Shown here: in pieces, positions 1-10,066 of the stretch | Position numbering within the stretch: the stretch's first letter is position 1 | How the letters are laid out: each line of letters begins with the position of its first letter | Assembly (NCBI GenBank): GCA_016869145.1 | Contig: VGEU01000005.1 | Location: forward strand, 3,605 to 67,604 | Source: Alphaproteobacteria bacterium | GTDB lineage: Bacteria; Pseudomonadota; Alphaproteobacteria; MPNO01; VGEU01 | Direction of reading: 5' to 3' | DNA length: 64,000 nucleotides | Made by a program: the position numbers and the translations under genes | Notes under the pieces: model-generated | The model's input: the letters and a program-made list of their open reading frames with translations, nothing else | What the model was told of the DNA's origin: nothing | Databases searched by the model: none

Positions 1-255
1 CGCCGGATCGTCGATCTCGAACGAGGCGAGGGCATAGTCGAGCGCCTCGCCGGTGACCCGCCAGAAATCCTCGAACCGCCCCATCAGGGTGCGGAGCCAG
101 GTGTATTCGAGCTGCTTCCGCCGCCAGGTCTCGGACAGCCGATCGGCCTTGTCGCCGAGCCGTGCGCGGCAGCGCGCGGTCGCCGAGTGGACGTCGAACA
201 GCGTGCCATAGGCGTCGAAGACGCAGGCACCGATGTCGTCGAGCCGGGTGGTCAT
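1..255 (-). CDS. Haloacid dehalogenase type II (HAD family), 5' part only, runs off the window edge
   Basis: Not in the ORF track. Hand translation from ATG 255: MTTRLDDIGACVFDAYGTLFDV...WRRKQLEYTWLR...DFWRVTGEALDY. Has the FDAYGTL nucleophile motif and the WRxKQLEYTW signature of L-2-haloacid dehalogenases. Confidence 0.9.
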   Translation of the reverse strand, partial: MTTRLDDIGACVFDAYGTLFDVHSATARCRARLGDKADRLSETWRRKQLEYTWLRTLMGRFEDFWRVTGEALDYALASFEIDDPA

Positions 256-316
256 CGCACGCGCTCTCCGGAGGCGGTCGTCGAGGGATCGCTATACACC
301 GCGCGACGGTTGCGGG

Positions 317-1513
317 CTACACCACGTTGCGCTCGCGGAGCGGCCGGTTCGCCGCGATCCGCGCCGGCGCGAAGGCGGCGAGGTCGAGCGTCGCGAACCG
401 CCCGTGCAGGATCAGCTCCGCGACGGCACGGCCGGCGGCGGGCGCCTGCTGGATCCCGTGGCCGCTGAAGCCCGTGCACAGCATGAAGTTCGCCACATCC
501 GGATGGGGTCCGATCAGCGCGTTCTGGTCGAAGGCGTTGTAGTCGTAGAACCCGCCCCAGGCACGCACGAGCTTGATCGCGGCGAACGCGGGCACGCGGC
601 GCGCGAGCACCGGCCAGATCGTCGCCTCGAAGAGATCGAAGTCGGGCGCGATGTCGACATCGGCCGCGTCGTCGCCCTCGGGGTCGGCGTCGGCGGGCGG
701 CGAGACGATCGCGAGAAAATGCGCACCCTCGGGCCGGAAGGCGACGCCGGTGGGATCGATGGTGAGCGGTGCGCCCGCGATCTTCTCGCGGCAATCGAAG
801 ACGAAGGTTGAGCGCCGCCGCGGCGCGACGGGGAGCGCGCAGCCGGCAAGGGTGGCGAGGGTGCCGGACCACGGGCCCGCGGCGCCGACGAGCATGCCGC
901 AGGCGATGCGGGCCCCGTCGTCGAGCCGCACGGCATCGATGCGCGCGCGAACGCGTTCGATCGCGACGAGCTCGGCCTTCCGGAACACCGCGCCTTGGGC
1001 GCGCGCCTTGCGGCGAAACGCGCCGTGGAGCGCGGTCGGATCGAACCAACCCTCGTTCGCGAGCCCGAGCGTGCCGGCCGCGATGTCCTCGACCGAGAGC
1101 CAGGGAAAACGCAGCGCGAGCGCGGCCGGGTCGAGCCAGGCGATCGCGGCGCCGAGCGCGGTCGCGGTCGCGCGATTGTCGCGGAGCGTCGCGATGCCGT
1201 CCGGGCTCGCGAGAAAGAGATAGCCGGCCTCGACGAAGCCGAGATCGACCGGATCGTCGGCGGTCGCGAGAAGCTGCGGCGCCCGGCGCAGGAAGTCCGT
1301 CCCATAGAGCGACATCGCGATGTTCTCCGGTGTCGAGAACTGCTGGCGGATGCCGCCCCAGGAGCGCGCGGTCGCGGCGCGGGCGAGCGTCGGATCGCGC
1401 TCGACCACGAGGACACGGCCGGCGAAAGCCGGATCGATGGTGAGAAAATAGGCGATCGCGACGCCCATGATGCCGCCGCCGACGATGACGATATCGAACC
1501 GGTCCGCGCTCAT
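317..1513 (-). CDS. FAD-dependent oxidoreductase, DAO/sarcosine-oxidase family (FOXRED1-like)
   Basis: GxGxxG dinucleotide motif (IVGGGIMG), GGIRQQFS and C-terminal GFSGHGIQQAPAAG. ATG 1513 preferred; the track uses GTG 1525. Confidence 0.88.
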   Translation of the reverse strand: MSADRFDIVIVGGGIMGVAIAYFLTIDPAFAGRVLVVERDPTLARAATARSWGGIRQQFSTPENIAMSLYGTDFLRRAPQLLATADDPVDLGFVEAGYLFLASPDGIATLRDNRATATALGAAIAWLDPAALALRFPWLSVEDIAAGTLGLANEGWFDPTALHGAFRRKARAQGAVFRKAELVAIERVRARIDAVRLDDGARIACGMLVGAAGPWSGTLATLAGCALPVAPRRRSTFVFDCREKIAGAPLTIDPTGVAFRPEGAHFLAIVSPPADADPEGDDAADVDIAPDFDLFEATIWPVLARRVPAFAAIKLVRAWGGFYDYNAFDQNALIGPHPDVANFMLCTGFSGHGIQQAPAAGRAVAELILHGRFATLDLAAFAPARIAANRPLRERNVV

Positions 1514-1587
1514 CTTCCGGGCCACCGTGAAGCGCTCGGGCGGTTCCGGTTGCGGGCCGCGTTCCGAGACTGTTTGATGGCGGCTGG

Positions 1588-3693
1588 ATGGCCCGCGACC
1601 CGATCCCCCCCACCGCGCTTCGCCGCGAAGCGACGCTCGCCGCCTCCCATGGCGAGGCGCGCGTCGATCCCTATGCCTGGCTCCGCGATCCCGACTGGCA
1701 GGCGGTCATGCGCGAGCCGGCGCGGCTCAATCCCGCGATCCGTGCCCATCTCGAGGCCGAGAATGCCTATGCGGGCGCGGTGATGGCGCCGCTCGCCGAT
1801 TTCGAGCGGACGCTCGAGGCGGAGCTCCGCGGCCGGATCGAGGCGGAGGACGCCTCGGTACCGGCGGCCGACGGCGACTGGCTCTACCAGGTGCGCTACC
1901 GCGCCGGCGGCCAGCACCCGATCCATCTCCGCCGCAGGCGCGACGCGACGGAGGAGGCCGTCCTCCTCGACGGCGACGCACTCGCCGCCGGCCAGGCGTT
2001 CTTCCGCCTCGGGCCGGTGCGGCACAGCCCGGACCACCGCTTCCTCGCTTATGCCGTCGACCGCGCCGGCGCCGAGGCCTACACGCTCGTCGTCAGGGAT
2101 ATCGCGACCGGCGAGGAGATCGCCGCCCTCGCTGATGCGCGCGGCGATTTCGCGTGGACGGCGGACGCGCGGAGCCTTGTCTTCACGCGGATCGACCGCC
2201 GACACCGGCCGACGGAGGTGTGGCGCCATCGGCTGGGCGGGCGCCGCACCGAGGCCGAGCTGGTCTACCGCGAGAGCGATCCCGGGTTCTACCTCCATGT
2301 CGATCGCACCGAGAGCGGGCGCTTCGTCACCATCGCGGCGGCCGACCACTCGATGACGGCCGAGGTCCATCTCATCGACGCGACGCGCGCCGATGGCGCG
2401 CCCCGCTGCATCGCGCCGCGCGAGCGCGGTGTCGACTACGACGTGACCGATATCGGCACCCGGCTCTTCATCCGCACCAACGCCGACGGCGCGGCGGATT
2501 TCAAGATCGCGACGGCGCCGATCGAAAGCCCCGGACGATCGCATTGGACCGATGTCGTCGGCCATCGTCCCGGCCGCATGATCCGCGCCATGCTCGCCTT
2601 TCGCGATCACCTCGTTCTCCTCGTCCGCGAGCGCGCCGTCCCGCAGATCCTGGTCTGGCGCCTCGTCGACGGCGCGATCCGCACGATCGGGTTCGACGAG
2701 GAGGCCTACGATCTCGGCCTCGTCCGCGGCTACGCCTTCGCGACGACGACGCTCCGCTTCACCTATGGCTCGATGACGCGGCCGCAGGAGACCTGGGACT
2801 ACGACCTCGCGACCGGCGCGCGCGCCTTGCGCAAGACCCAGCGCATCCCGAGCGGACACGATCCGTCCGCCTATGTCGTGAACCGGCTCGAGGCGCCGAG
2901 CCACGACGGGACCATGGTGCCGCTGACCGTGCTGCGGCGGCGTGACAGGGCGGTCGACGGCCGCGCCGCGCTCGTCGTCTACGGCTACGGCGCCTACGGC
3001 CATGCGATTCCGGCCGGGTTCGCCGCCAACCGCTTCAGCCTCGTCGACCGCGGCGTCGTCTACGCGATCGCGCACCCGCGCGGCGGCGACGATCTCGGCC
3101 AGGCCTGGTACGAGGCAGGGAAGCTCGACCGGAAGCCCAACACGTTCCATGACTTCATCGCCTGCACCGAGCGGCTCATCGCCGCCGGCCTCGGCGATCC
3201 GGCGCGCGTGATCGCCCACGGCGGCTCGGCGGGCGGGCTCCTGGTCGGCGCCGTCGCCAATATGCGCCCCGATCTCTGGCGCGCGATCGTCGCCGAGGTT
3301 CCGTTCGTCGACGTCCTGAGCACCATGCTGGATGCGAGCCTGCCGCTGACGCCGCCCGAGTGGTTCGAGTGGGGCAATCCGATCGAGGACGCCGCGGCCT
3401 ACCAGACGATCCGCGGCTACTCCCCCTATGACAATATCGGCGCGCGCGCCTATCCGGCGATCTACGCGACGGCGGGGCTCTCCGATCCGCGGGTCACCTA
3501 TTGGGAGCCGGCGAAGTGGGTCGCCAAGCTCCGCGCCACCGCCACCAACCGGCCGACGATCGTCCTCCGCACCAACATGGAAGCGGGCCACGCCGGCGCC
3601 GCCGGCCGCTACGACAAGCTCGTCGAGGTCGCGCGCGCCTATGCGTTCATGCTCCACGCGATCGGGCTCGCTAGTCCTCGTCCCGCCCGGTGA
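1588..3693 (+). CDS. ptrB: Oligopeptidase B (S9A family)
   Basis: DPYAWLRD N-terminus, HPRGG, GGSAGG catalytic Ser, DPRV (Asp) and AGH (His); 701 aa. Confidence 0.92.
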   Translation: MARDPIPPTALRREATLAASHGEARVDPYAWLRDPDWQAVMREPARLNPAIRAHLEAENAYAGAVMAPLADFERTLEAELRGRIEAEDASVPAADGDWLYQVRYRAGGQHPIHLRRRRDATEEAVLLDGDALAAGQAFFRLGPVRHSPDHRFLAYAVDRAGAEAYTLVVRDIATGEEIAALADARGDFAWTADARSLVFTRIDRRHRPTEVWRHRLGGRRTEAELVYRESDPGFYLHVDRTESGRFVTIAAADHSMTAEVHLIDATRADGAPRCIAPRERGVDYDVTDIGTRLFIRTNADGAADFKIATAPIESPGRSHWTDVVGHRPGRMIRAMLAFRDHLVLLVRERAVPQILVWRLVDGAIRTIGFDEEAYDLGLVRGYAFATTTLRFTYGSMTRPQETWDYDLATGARALRKTQRIPSGHDPSAYVVNRLEAPSHDGTMVPLTVLRRRDRAVDGRAALVVYGYGAYGHAIPAGFAANRFSLVDRGVVYAIAHPRGGDDLGQAWYEAGKLDRKPNTFHDFIACTERLIAAGLGDPARVIAHGGSAGGLLVGAVANMRPDLWRAIVAEVPFVDVLSTMLDASLPLTPPEWFEWGNPIEDAAAYQTIRGYSPYDNIGARAYPAIYATAGLSDPRVTYWEPAKWVAKLRATATNRPTIVLRTNMEAGHAGAAGRYDKLVEVARAYAFMLHAIGLASPRPAR

Positions 3694-4102
3694 CGCGGGC
3701 GCGGTCGCGCTTGACGGCGCCGCGCACCTCCTTGCCGGCGAGCCGCTTCTCGCGCGAGGCGCGGGTCGGGCGCGTGGTGAGGCGGCGCGTCGGCACGTGC
3801 GCGGCATCGCGGATGATGAGCGCGAGACGGTCGAGCGCGTCGTCGCGATTGCGCTCCTGGGTGCGGAAACGCTGCGCGAGAAGCGACAGGACGTCATCGG
3901 CCCCGATCCGGTTCCTGGCCTTGGCCCGCAGCCGCTCGCGCACCCGCTCGGGCAGCGACGACCGGCCGATGTCGAAGCGGAGGCGGACCGCGGTCGAGAC
4001 CTTGTTGACGTTCTGTCCGCCCGGGCCCGAGGCGCGGACGAACTGGAACTCGATCTCGTCCTCGTCGATCGAAAGCGTGTGGGTGATTCGCAGTCTCGTC
4101 AT
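3671..4102 (-). CDS. arfB: Alternative ribosome rescue peptidyl-tRNA hydrolase
   Basis: RASGPGGQNVNKVSTAV (GGQ motif), RFRTQERNR, basic C-terminal tail. Confidence 0.95.
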   Translation of the reverse strand: MTRLRITHTLSIDEDEIEFQFVRASGPGGQNVNKVSTAVRLRFDIGRSSLPERVRERLRAKARNRIGADDVLSLLAQRFRTQERNRDDALDRLALIIRDAAHVPTRRLTTRPTRASREKRLAGKEVRGAVKRDRARVTGRDED

Positions 4103-4249
4103 GGCCCTCCGGAGCGCGTTGGTCCTTGGATGCGTGCAGGTGCCCGGCGAAGGTAGCCTGTTCGCCGCCGCACGGGAATGCTCGCCGCGCCTATTGCGGA
4201 TGAAGGCCGCGCGCGCGCCCGCGGGACGACGAAGGCGGTCGGGTCGCCG

Positions 4250-6577
4250 CTAGCTTGCGGCGCAGATCGCGCGCCACACCGTCTCGGGCGTTAGCGGCAT
4301 GTCGAGATGGCTGACGCCGAGCGGCGCGAGCGCGTCGAGCACCGCGTTGACGAGCGCGGGCGGCGCGCCGACGGTGCCGCCTTCGCCCGCGCCCTTGACG
4401 CCGAGCGGGTTGGTCGGCGTCGGGCTCTCCCGGTGGCCGGCGCGAAACGACGGAATGTCGTCGGCGCGCGGCAGGGCATAGTCCATGAACGAGCCGGAGA
4501 GCGGCTGGCCGCTTGCCGCATCGTAGTGGGCATGCTCGAGAAGGGCCTGGCCGAGACCCTGCGCGACCGCGCCATGCGCCTGACCGGCGACGATCATCGG
4601 GTTCACCATGCGGCCGACGTCGTCGACCATGGCATAGCCCGCGATCGCGATTCCGCCGGTCTCCGGATCGACCTCGACCTCGCAGACATGGCAGCCGGCG
4701 GCGAAGGCGTAGTCGGCGTTGTCGTAGACGTGGGAGGCGGCGAGCGCGGTCTCGCCGGCGATCGCGCCGGCCTCGAGCGCGCGCGCGAGCGCAAAGAGGC
4801 CGATCGACCGGTCGGTGCCCGACACGGTGAACGCGCCGTCGCGATAAATGATGTCGCCGTGGTCGGCCTCGAGGAGCTCGGCCGCGAGGCGCCGGCCCTT
4901 CTCGATGACGCGCTCGCCCGCCTGCCAGGCCGCCGAGCCGCCCTTGATCATCGAGCGCGAGGCGAAGGTGCCGACGCCCGCTGCGACGCGCGCGGTGTCG
5001 GAGGAGACGATCGCGACCGCTTCGACGTCGATGCCGAGGACGTCGGCGACGACCTGGGCGAAGGTCGTCTCGTGGCCCTGACCGTGCGACTGGCTGCCGA
5101 CGGCGACGACGACGCGGCCGTCGGGCTCGACGCGCGCCTCGGCGAACTCGGTCGGAACGCCGCCGGTGCCTTCGAGCGCGTGGACAACCGCGATGCCGCG
5201 CAAGAGTCCGCGCCGCTCGGCCTCGGCGCGCCGGGCGGCGAAACCGTCCCAGTCGGCGAGACGGAGCGCCGACTCCTGGTTTGCCGCGTAGTCGCCGGTG
5301 TCGTAGACCGCCCCGGTCGGCGTCCGGTAGGGCATCGCGCTCGCGCGGACGAGGTTGATGTGCCGGAGCCGCGCCCGGTCGATCCTGAGCGCGTGCGCCG
5401 CCCGGTCGATCAGACGCTCGACGATGTAAATGGCTTCCGCGCGCCCGACGCCGCGATAGACGTTGACCGGCGTCGTGTGGCTGAAGACGCCGGTGAGCTC
5501 GAGATCGATCGCCGGGATCGCGTAGGCGGCGGAGATCATGCGGGTCAGGTTCTGGTACGCCGAGAACGGCGCGCCGGTCGAGACATAGGCCCCGAAATTG
5601 CAGACGCTCCGCACCGCGAGCGCGCGGATGCGCCCGTCGCGGTCGAGCGCGAGCGCGCCCGCGGTCACGTGGTCGCGGCCCTGGAGATCGGTGAGGAAGG
5701 CCTCGCTCCGGCTCGCGCACCACTTGACCGGCCGGCCAAGACGGCGCGCCGCCCAGGCCGCCACGACATATTCGGGGTAGGCGAAGATGCGCGAGCCGAA
5801 GCCGCCGCCCACGTCCTCGCTCACCACCCGAACCGCGGCGACCGGGAGATCGAGCGCGGCGGCGAGGACCGCCGCCTGGGCGTGGACGCCCTGGTTGCCG
5901 TTATGGACGACGACGCCCCCGGTTGCGGGATCGGGCGCGGCGAGGACCGCGCGCGGCTCCATGAACGAGGTGACGATGCGGTTGTTGACGACCACGAGTC
6001 GCACGACATGGTCGGCGGTCGCGAAGGCCGCCGCGGTCGCGGCCGCATCGCCCGCGCGCCAGTCGAAGCAGCGATTGCCCGGCGCGATGTCCCAGACGCG
6101 CGGGCTCGCGGCATCGCCGGCGCGCGCGGTGCCGATCAGCGCATCGCGCGGCCGGTAGTCGACGACGATCGCCTCCGCCGCATCGAGCGCGCCCGCCTCG
6201 GTCTCGGCGATCACGACCGCCACCGGATCGCCGACATGGCGGACGACATCGCGCGCGAGCGGAAAATAAGGCGGATCGGCCATCGCCGAGCCGTCCCGGT
6301 TGCGGAAACCGGCGCCGCGTTCGCGGATGAGCGTCGGGATCGGCCGCACGCCGTCTTGCGCGAGATCGCCGGCGGTGAACACCGCGGCGACGCCCGGCAT
6401 GCGGCGGGCGGAGGCGGTGTCGATGGCGAGGATCGCTGCGTGGGCGTGCGGCGAGCGGACGAAGGCGAGGCGGGCCTGGCCGGGGGCGTCGCGGTCGTCG
6501 GCGAAGCGGCCCTGCCCGGTCAGAAGACGGAAATCCTCGCGCCGCGGCAGCGACCGGCCGATGCGCGGACCGCTCAC
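4250..6577 (-). CDS. Xanthine dehydrogenase-family molybdopterin-binding (large) subunit
   Basis: RREDxRLLTGQGRFADD, GGGFGS, YRGVGR, SQSHGQGHET, GVKGAGEGG motifs. GTG start overlaps the slt stop. Confidence 0.92.
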   Translation of the reverse strand: MSGPRIGRSLPRREDFRLLTGQGRFADDRDAPGQARLAFVRSPHAHAAILAIDTASARRMPGVAAVFTAGDLAQDGVRPIPTLIRERGAGFRNRDGSAMADPPYFPLARDVVRHVGDPVAVVIAETEAGALDAAEAIVVDYRPRDALIGTARAGDAASPRVWDIAPGNRCFDWRAGDAAATAAAFATADHVVRLVVVNNRIVTSFMEPRAVLAAPDPATGGVVVHNGNQGVHAQAAVLAAALDLPVAAVRVVSEDVGGGFGSRIFAYPEYVVAAWAARRLGRPVKWCASRSEAFLTDLQGRDHVTAGALALDRDGRIRALAVRSVCNFGAYVSTGAPFSAYQNLTRMISAAYAIPAIDLELTGVFSHTTPVNVYRGVGRAEAIYIVERLIDRAAHALRIDRARLRHINLVRASAMPYRTPTGAVYDTGDYAANQESALRLADWDGFAARRAEAERRGLLRGIAVVHALEGTGGVPTEFAEARVEPDGRVVVAVGSQSHGQGHETTFAQVVADVLGIDVEAVAIVSSDTARVAAGVGTFASRSMIKGGSAAWQAGERVIEKGRRLAAELLEADHGDIIYRDGAFTVSGTDRSIGLFALARALEAGAIAGETALAASHVYDNADYAFAAGCHVCEVEVDPETGGIAIAGYAMVDDVGRMVNPMIVAGQAHGAVAQGLGQALLEHAHYDAASGQPLSGSFMDYALPRADDIPSFRAGHRESPTPTNPLGVKGAGEGGTVGAPPALVNAVLDALAPLGVSHLDMPLTPETVWRAICAAS

Positions 6578-8559
6578 CGGATGGTGTTTTCGATCAGCGT
6601 CGAGGCGACCTGCGGACGACCGAGCCGGCGCATGTAGACCGAGTGGTTCTCGAAGATGCGCTGCACGTAGTTGCGGGTCTCGTTGTAGGGGATCAGCTCG
6701 ATCCAGTCGATGCGGTCGACCTGGTCGGAGCGCGGATCGCCATAGGTGCGGATCCAGCGGCTGACATTGCCGGGCCCGGCGTTGTAGGCGGCGAAGGCGA
6801 GGATCTTCGAGCCCGAGAACATGTCGAGCATGTGGCCGAGATAGCCGCGGCCGAGCGCGAGATTGTATTGCCAGTCGTTGGAGAGCCGCGGCAGCGAGTA
6901 GGGGAGGCCGAGCATCCGCGCCATCTGCTGCGCCGTTCCGGGCATCACCTGCATCAGCCCGCGCGCACCGGCCGTCGACACCGCGTCCTGGCGGAAATTG
7001 CTCTCCTGGCGCGCGATCGAGAGCACCATCGCGCGGTCGGGGTGGCCATCGGGCACCGGGATCACGGGATAGCCGGATTCAGGGAGCGCATAGCCGTTCC
7101 GGTGCGCCCGACGCGCGACGGTCACGGCGAGATCGGGCCGCTCGTTCGAGAGCGCGAGCCGGGCGGAGAGCGCGTAGTTGACGGGCGACGGCGAGGCCTC
7201 GGCGAGCGCGAGATAGAAGACGCGCATGAGGTCTTCCTGGCGCAGCTCCTTGAGGATCTTGACCGCGCGGGTCAACTCGAAGCGGTTGAACGCCTCGACA
7301 TCCGCCGCGCTCGGCGCCGGCTCCGACATGTCGAGGCCGCGCGTCCCTTCCGGATCGTGGCCGGCGGCGAGCTGGCCGTAATAGCTCGTGTGGTACTGTG
7401 CCGCCTCGCGGTACCAGCCGATCGCGCGGTTGCGGTCGCGCAGCACGTCGGCGCCGCGGCCCGCCCAATAGGCGGTGCGCGCCTTGCCGGCCGGGGTCTC
7501 GGCCGCATCGAAGGCGCGCTCGAAATGGGTCATCGCGACACGCGGCTCGTTGGCGAAGCGGAGTGCGATCCAGCCGGCGAGCCACTCGGCATCGGCGAAC
7601 TCGCCGCCCTGCGGCAGGCCGTGATTGTGGACGACGGAATAGGCCTCGCGCGCCTGGCCGCGCGCGATCAGCCGCCGGGCGACGACCTGCCGCTCGGCCC
7701 ACCAGAGCTGCGGGCGGCCGAGATCGCGCGGCGAGCCGCGGAGGATCTCGTAGGCCTCGGCGTCGAAGTCCTTGCGCCGGTTCCAGCGCGCCCGCTCATA
7801 GAGGAGGCCGGGGTCGTTCTTGAGCCGCGCCGGCACGCGCTCGGCGAACGCCTCGCCGTTGCCGTCGCCGCGGCGGAGCTGGATGCGGGCCTGCGCGAGG
7901 ACGCGCCAATCGGGCGGCACCATCCGGAGCATCCGTTCGGCCGCGTCGTGCTGGCCGTCCCACAGGAGATGGTCGAGCCGCGCGATGTGCTCACGCTCGC
8001 CGAGGAGGGACCCGTGCATCTGCTCGAGGCGGTCCTCCTCGACGCGTGAGAAATCGCCCTCGATCCAGGCGCGGCGGATCAACGCGGCGCCGCGGCTCCT
8101 GTCGCCGACGGCGACATAGGCCTCGCCGAGCGCACGCATGCCCTGGCCGGTGAGAGGCTCGCGGTCGCGGAACCAGTCGATGACGGCACGGCCGGAAACG
8201 CTGTCGCCCATCGCCGCCTCGGCGCGGCGCTGCAGGCTCGGCTGGCGCGGCCAGGTCGGGTTCTCATCGATGAAGCGGGCGACCTCGTCGAAGCCGGCGG
8301 TCGAGCCCGGCCGGTGCAGCGCGAGCCAGGTCGCGATCTTGGCGCCGACCGGGTCGCGATGACGGCGCAAGGATTCCTCGGCGCTCACGCCGCCGGCCCC
8401 TGGCGCGACGCGTTGCAGCGCCTCGAAGGCGCGCCGCTCGGCCGCCGTCAGATCATCCTGTGCGCCGGCGGGCGCGACCGCCGCCAGCATCATCACCGCG
8501 AACGCGATACAATCGAGCTTCCGTCCCACCGCGACACCGCCCCCGAGCCTTAAGCCCAC
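6574..8559 (-). CDS. slt: Soluble lytic murein transglycosylase (Slt70-like)
   Basis: Signal peptide-like N-terminus, helical superhelix region, IARQESNF (catalytic Glu), ARGLMQVMPGTA, AYNAGPG, ETRNYVQRI. Start codon uncertain. Confidence 0.92.
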   Translation of the reverse strand: MGLRLGGGVAVGRKLDCIAFAVMMLAAVAPAGAQDDLTAAERRAFEALQRVAPGAGGVSAEESLRRHRDPVGAKIATWLALHRPGSTAGFDEVARFIDENPTWPRQPSLQRRAEAAMGDSVSGRAVIDWFRDREPLTGQGMRALGEAYVAVGDRSRGAALIRRAWIEGDFSRVEEDRLEQMHGSLLGEREHIARLDHLLWDGQHDAAERMLRMVPPDWRVLAQARIQLRRGDGNGEAFAERVPARLKNDPGLLYERARWNRRKDFDAEAYEILRGSPRDLGRPQLWWAERQVVARRLIARGQAREAYSVVHNHGLPQGGEFADAEWLAGWIALRFANEPRVAMTHFERAFDAAETPAGKARTAYWAGRGADVLRDRNRAIGWYREAAQYHTSYYGQLAAGHDPEGTRGLDMSEPAPSAADVEAFNRFELTRAVKILKELRQEDLMRVFYLALAEASPSPVNYALSARLALSNERPDLAVTVARRAHRNGYALPESGYPVIPVPDGHPDRAMVLSIARQESNFRQDAVSTAGARGLMQVMPGTAQQMARMLGLPYSLPRLSNDWQYNLALGRGYLGHMLDMFSGSKILAFAAYNAGPGNVSRWIRTYGDPRSDQVDRIDWIELIPYNETRNYVQRIFENHSVYMRRLGRPQVASTLIENTIR

Positions 8560-8715
8560 CCGGCGCCATCCTAGGCGGAATCGGCTGCGGAATCATCGCC
8601 GCTTCCGCGTGCCGGCGCCGCCGGAAGGACGCCCGCCTTGCCGGGTCCGATCACTAGGGATAATGTGCAAACACAACGTCAACCCGCCGTGCCGCACCCC
8701 GAGGGGGAGACCGCC

Positions 8716-9591
8716 ATGTTCAAGGGCTCGTTCGTCGCGCTCATCACGCCGTTCCGGAACGGGTCGGTCGACGAGAAAGCCTTCGAGGCGTTCGTGGACT
8801 GGCAGATCGCCGAGGGAACCCACGGCGTCGTCCCGTGCGGGACGACCGGCGAGTCGCCCACGCTCAGCCACGACGAGCACATGCGGGTGACCGAGATCTG
8901 CATCGCGGTCGCCAAGGGGCGCGTGCCGGTCATCGCGGGCGCGGGATCGAACTCGACCGCCGAGGCGATCGCGCTCACCCGCCACGCCAAGAAGGCCGGC
9001 GCCGATGCCGCGCTCCACGTGACGCCCTACTACAACAAGCCGACCCAGGAGGGTCTCTACCAGCACTTCAAGGCGATCAACGACGCGGTCGATCTGCCGA
9101 TCCTGATCTACAACATCCCGATCCGCTCGGTCATCGACATGAGCGTCGAGACGATGGCGCGGCTGGCGAAGCTCCCCAACGTCATCGGCGTCAAGGACGC
9201 GACCGCCGACGTAAGCCGGGCGACCAAGCAGCGCATCGCGTGCGGTCGCGACTTCGTCCAGATGTCGGGCGAGGACGTGACCCAGCTCGGCTTCCTCGCC
9301 CAGGGAGGCGACGGCTGCATCTCGGTCACCGCGAACGTCGCGCCGAAGCCGATGAGCGCCATGCACGAGGCGTGGCAGGCGGGTGACATGAGGACCGCGA
9401 TGTCGCTCAACGAGCGGCTGATGCCGCTCCACGAGGCGATGTTCGTCGAGACCAATCCCGGCCCGGTGAAATACGCCGCGAGCCTCCTCGGCAAGTGCGA
9501 TCCGACCGTGCGCCTGCCGATGGTCGTCCCCGGCGCCCCCTCGAAGGACCGGATCCAGGCGGCCATGCGCACCGCCGGCGTGCTCAACTGA
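8716..9591 (+). CDS. dapA: 4-hydroxy-tetrahydrodipicolinate synthase
   Basis: [39 protein letters not shown] (Schiff-base Lys). GGAG RBS before ATG 8716. Confidence 0.97.
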   Translation: MFKGSFVALITPFRNGSVDEKAFEAFVDWQIAEGTHGVVPCGTTGESPTLSHDEHMRVTEICIAVAKGRVPVIAGAGSNSTAEAIALTRHAKKAGADAALHVTPYYNKPTQEGLYQHFKAINDAVDLPILIYNIPIRSVIDMSVETMARLAKLPNVIGVKDATADVSRATKQRIACGRDFVQMSGEDVTQLGFLAQGGDGCISVTANVAPKPMSAMHEAWQAGDMRTAMSLNERLMPLHEAMFVETNPGPVKYAASLLGKCDPTVRLPMVVPGAPSKDRIQAAMRTAGVLN

Positions 9592-9598
9592 CCGGAGC

Positions 9599-10066
9599 AT
9601 GACCGACGACACGTCGGCGCGCGTCGCGGCCCAGAACCGCAAGGCCCGCCACGACTACTTCATCGAGGAATCGCTCGAGGCCGGCATCGTGCTCACCGGA
9701 AGCGAGGTGAAGGCGCTCCGCGACGGCCGCGCCAACATCAACGACGCCTACGCCGCCGAACGCGGCGGCGAGATCTTCCTCGTGAACGCCCACATCCCCG
9801 AATACAAGGAGGCGGGCCCGTTCGGCCACGAGCCGCGCCGCGCGCGCAAGCTCCTCCTGCATGGCCGCCAGATCGGCAAGCTCATCGGCGCCATCCAGCG
9901 CGAGGGCATGACGCTGGTGCCGCTCCGCATCTATTTCAACCAGCGCGGCCGGGCCAAGGTCGAGCTCGGGCTCGCCAAGGGCAAGAAGAAGGCCGACCGG
10001 CGCGAGTCCATCAAGGAACGCGACTGGGACCGCCAGAAGGCGCGATTGCTGAGGAGCAAGGGGTGA
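9599..10066 (+). CDS. smpB: SsrA-binding protein
   Basis: [40 protein letters not shown]. Confidence 0.98.
   Translation: MTDDTSARVAAQNRKARHDYFIEESLEAGIVLTGSEVKALRDGRANINDAYAAERGGEIFLVNAHIPEYKEAGPFGHEPRRARKLLLHGRQIGKLIGAIQREGMTLVPLRIYFNQRGRAKVELGLAKGKKKADRRESIKERDWDRQKARLLRSKG

Noticed and set aside
4250-6577. Aerobic CO dehydrogenase large subunit (coxL)
   Set aside because: Lacks the AYxCSFR motif and has no coxMS or accessory genes nearby.
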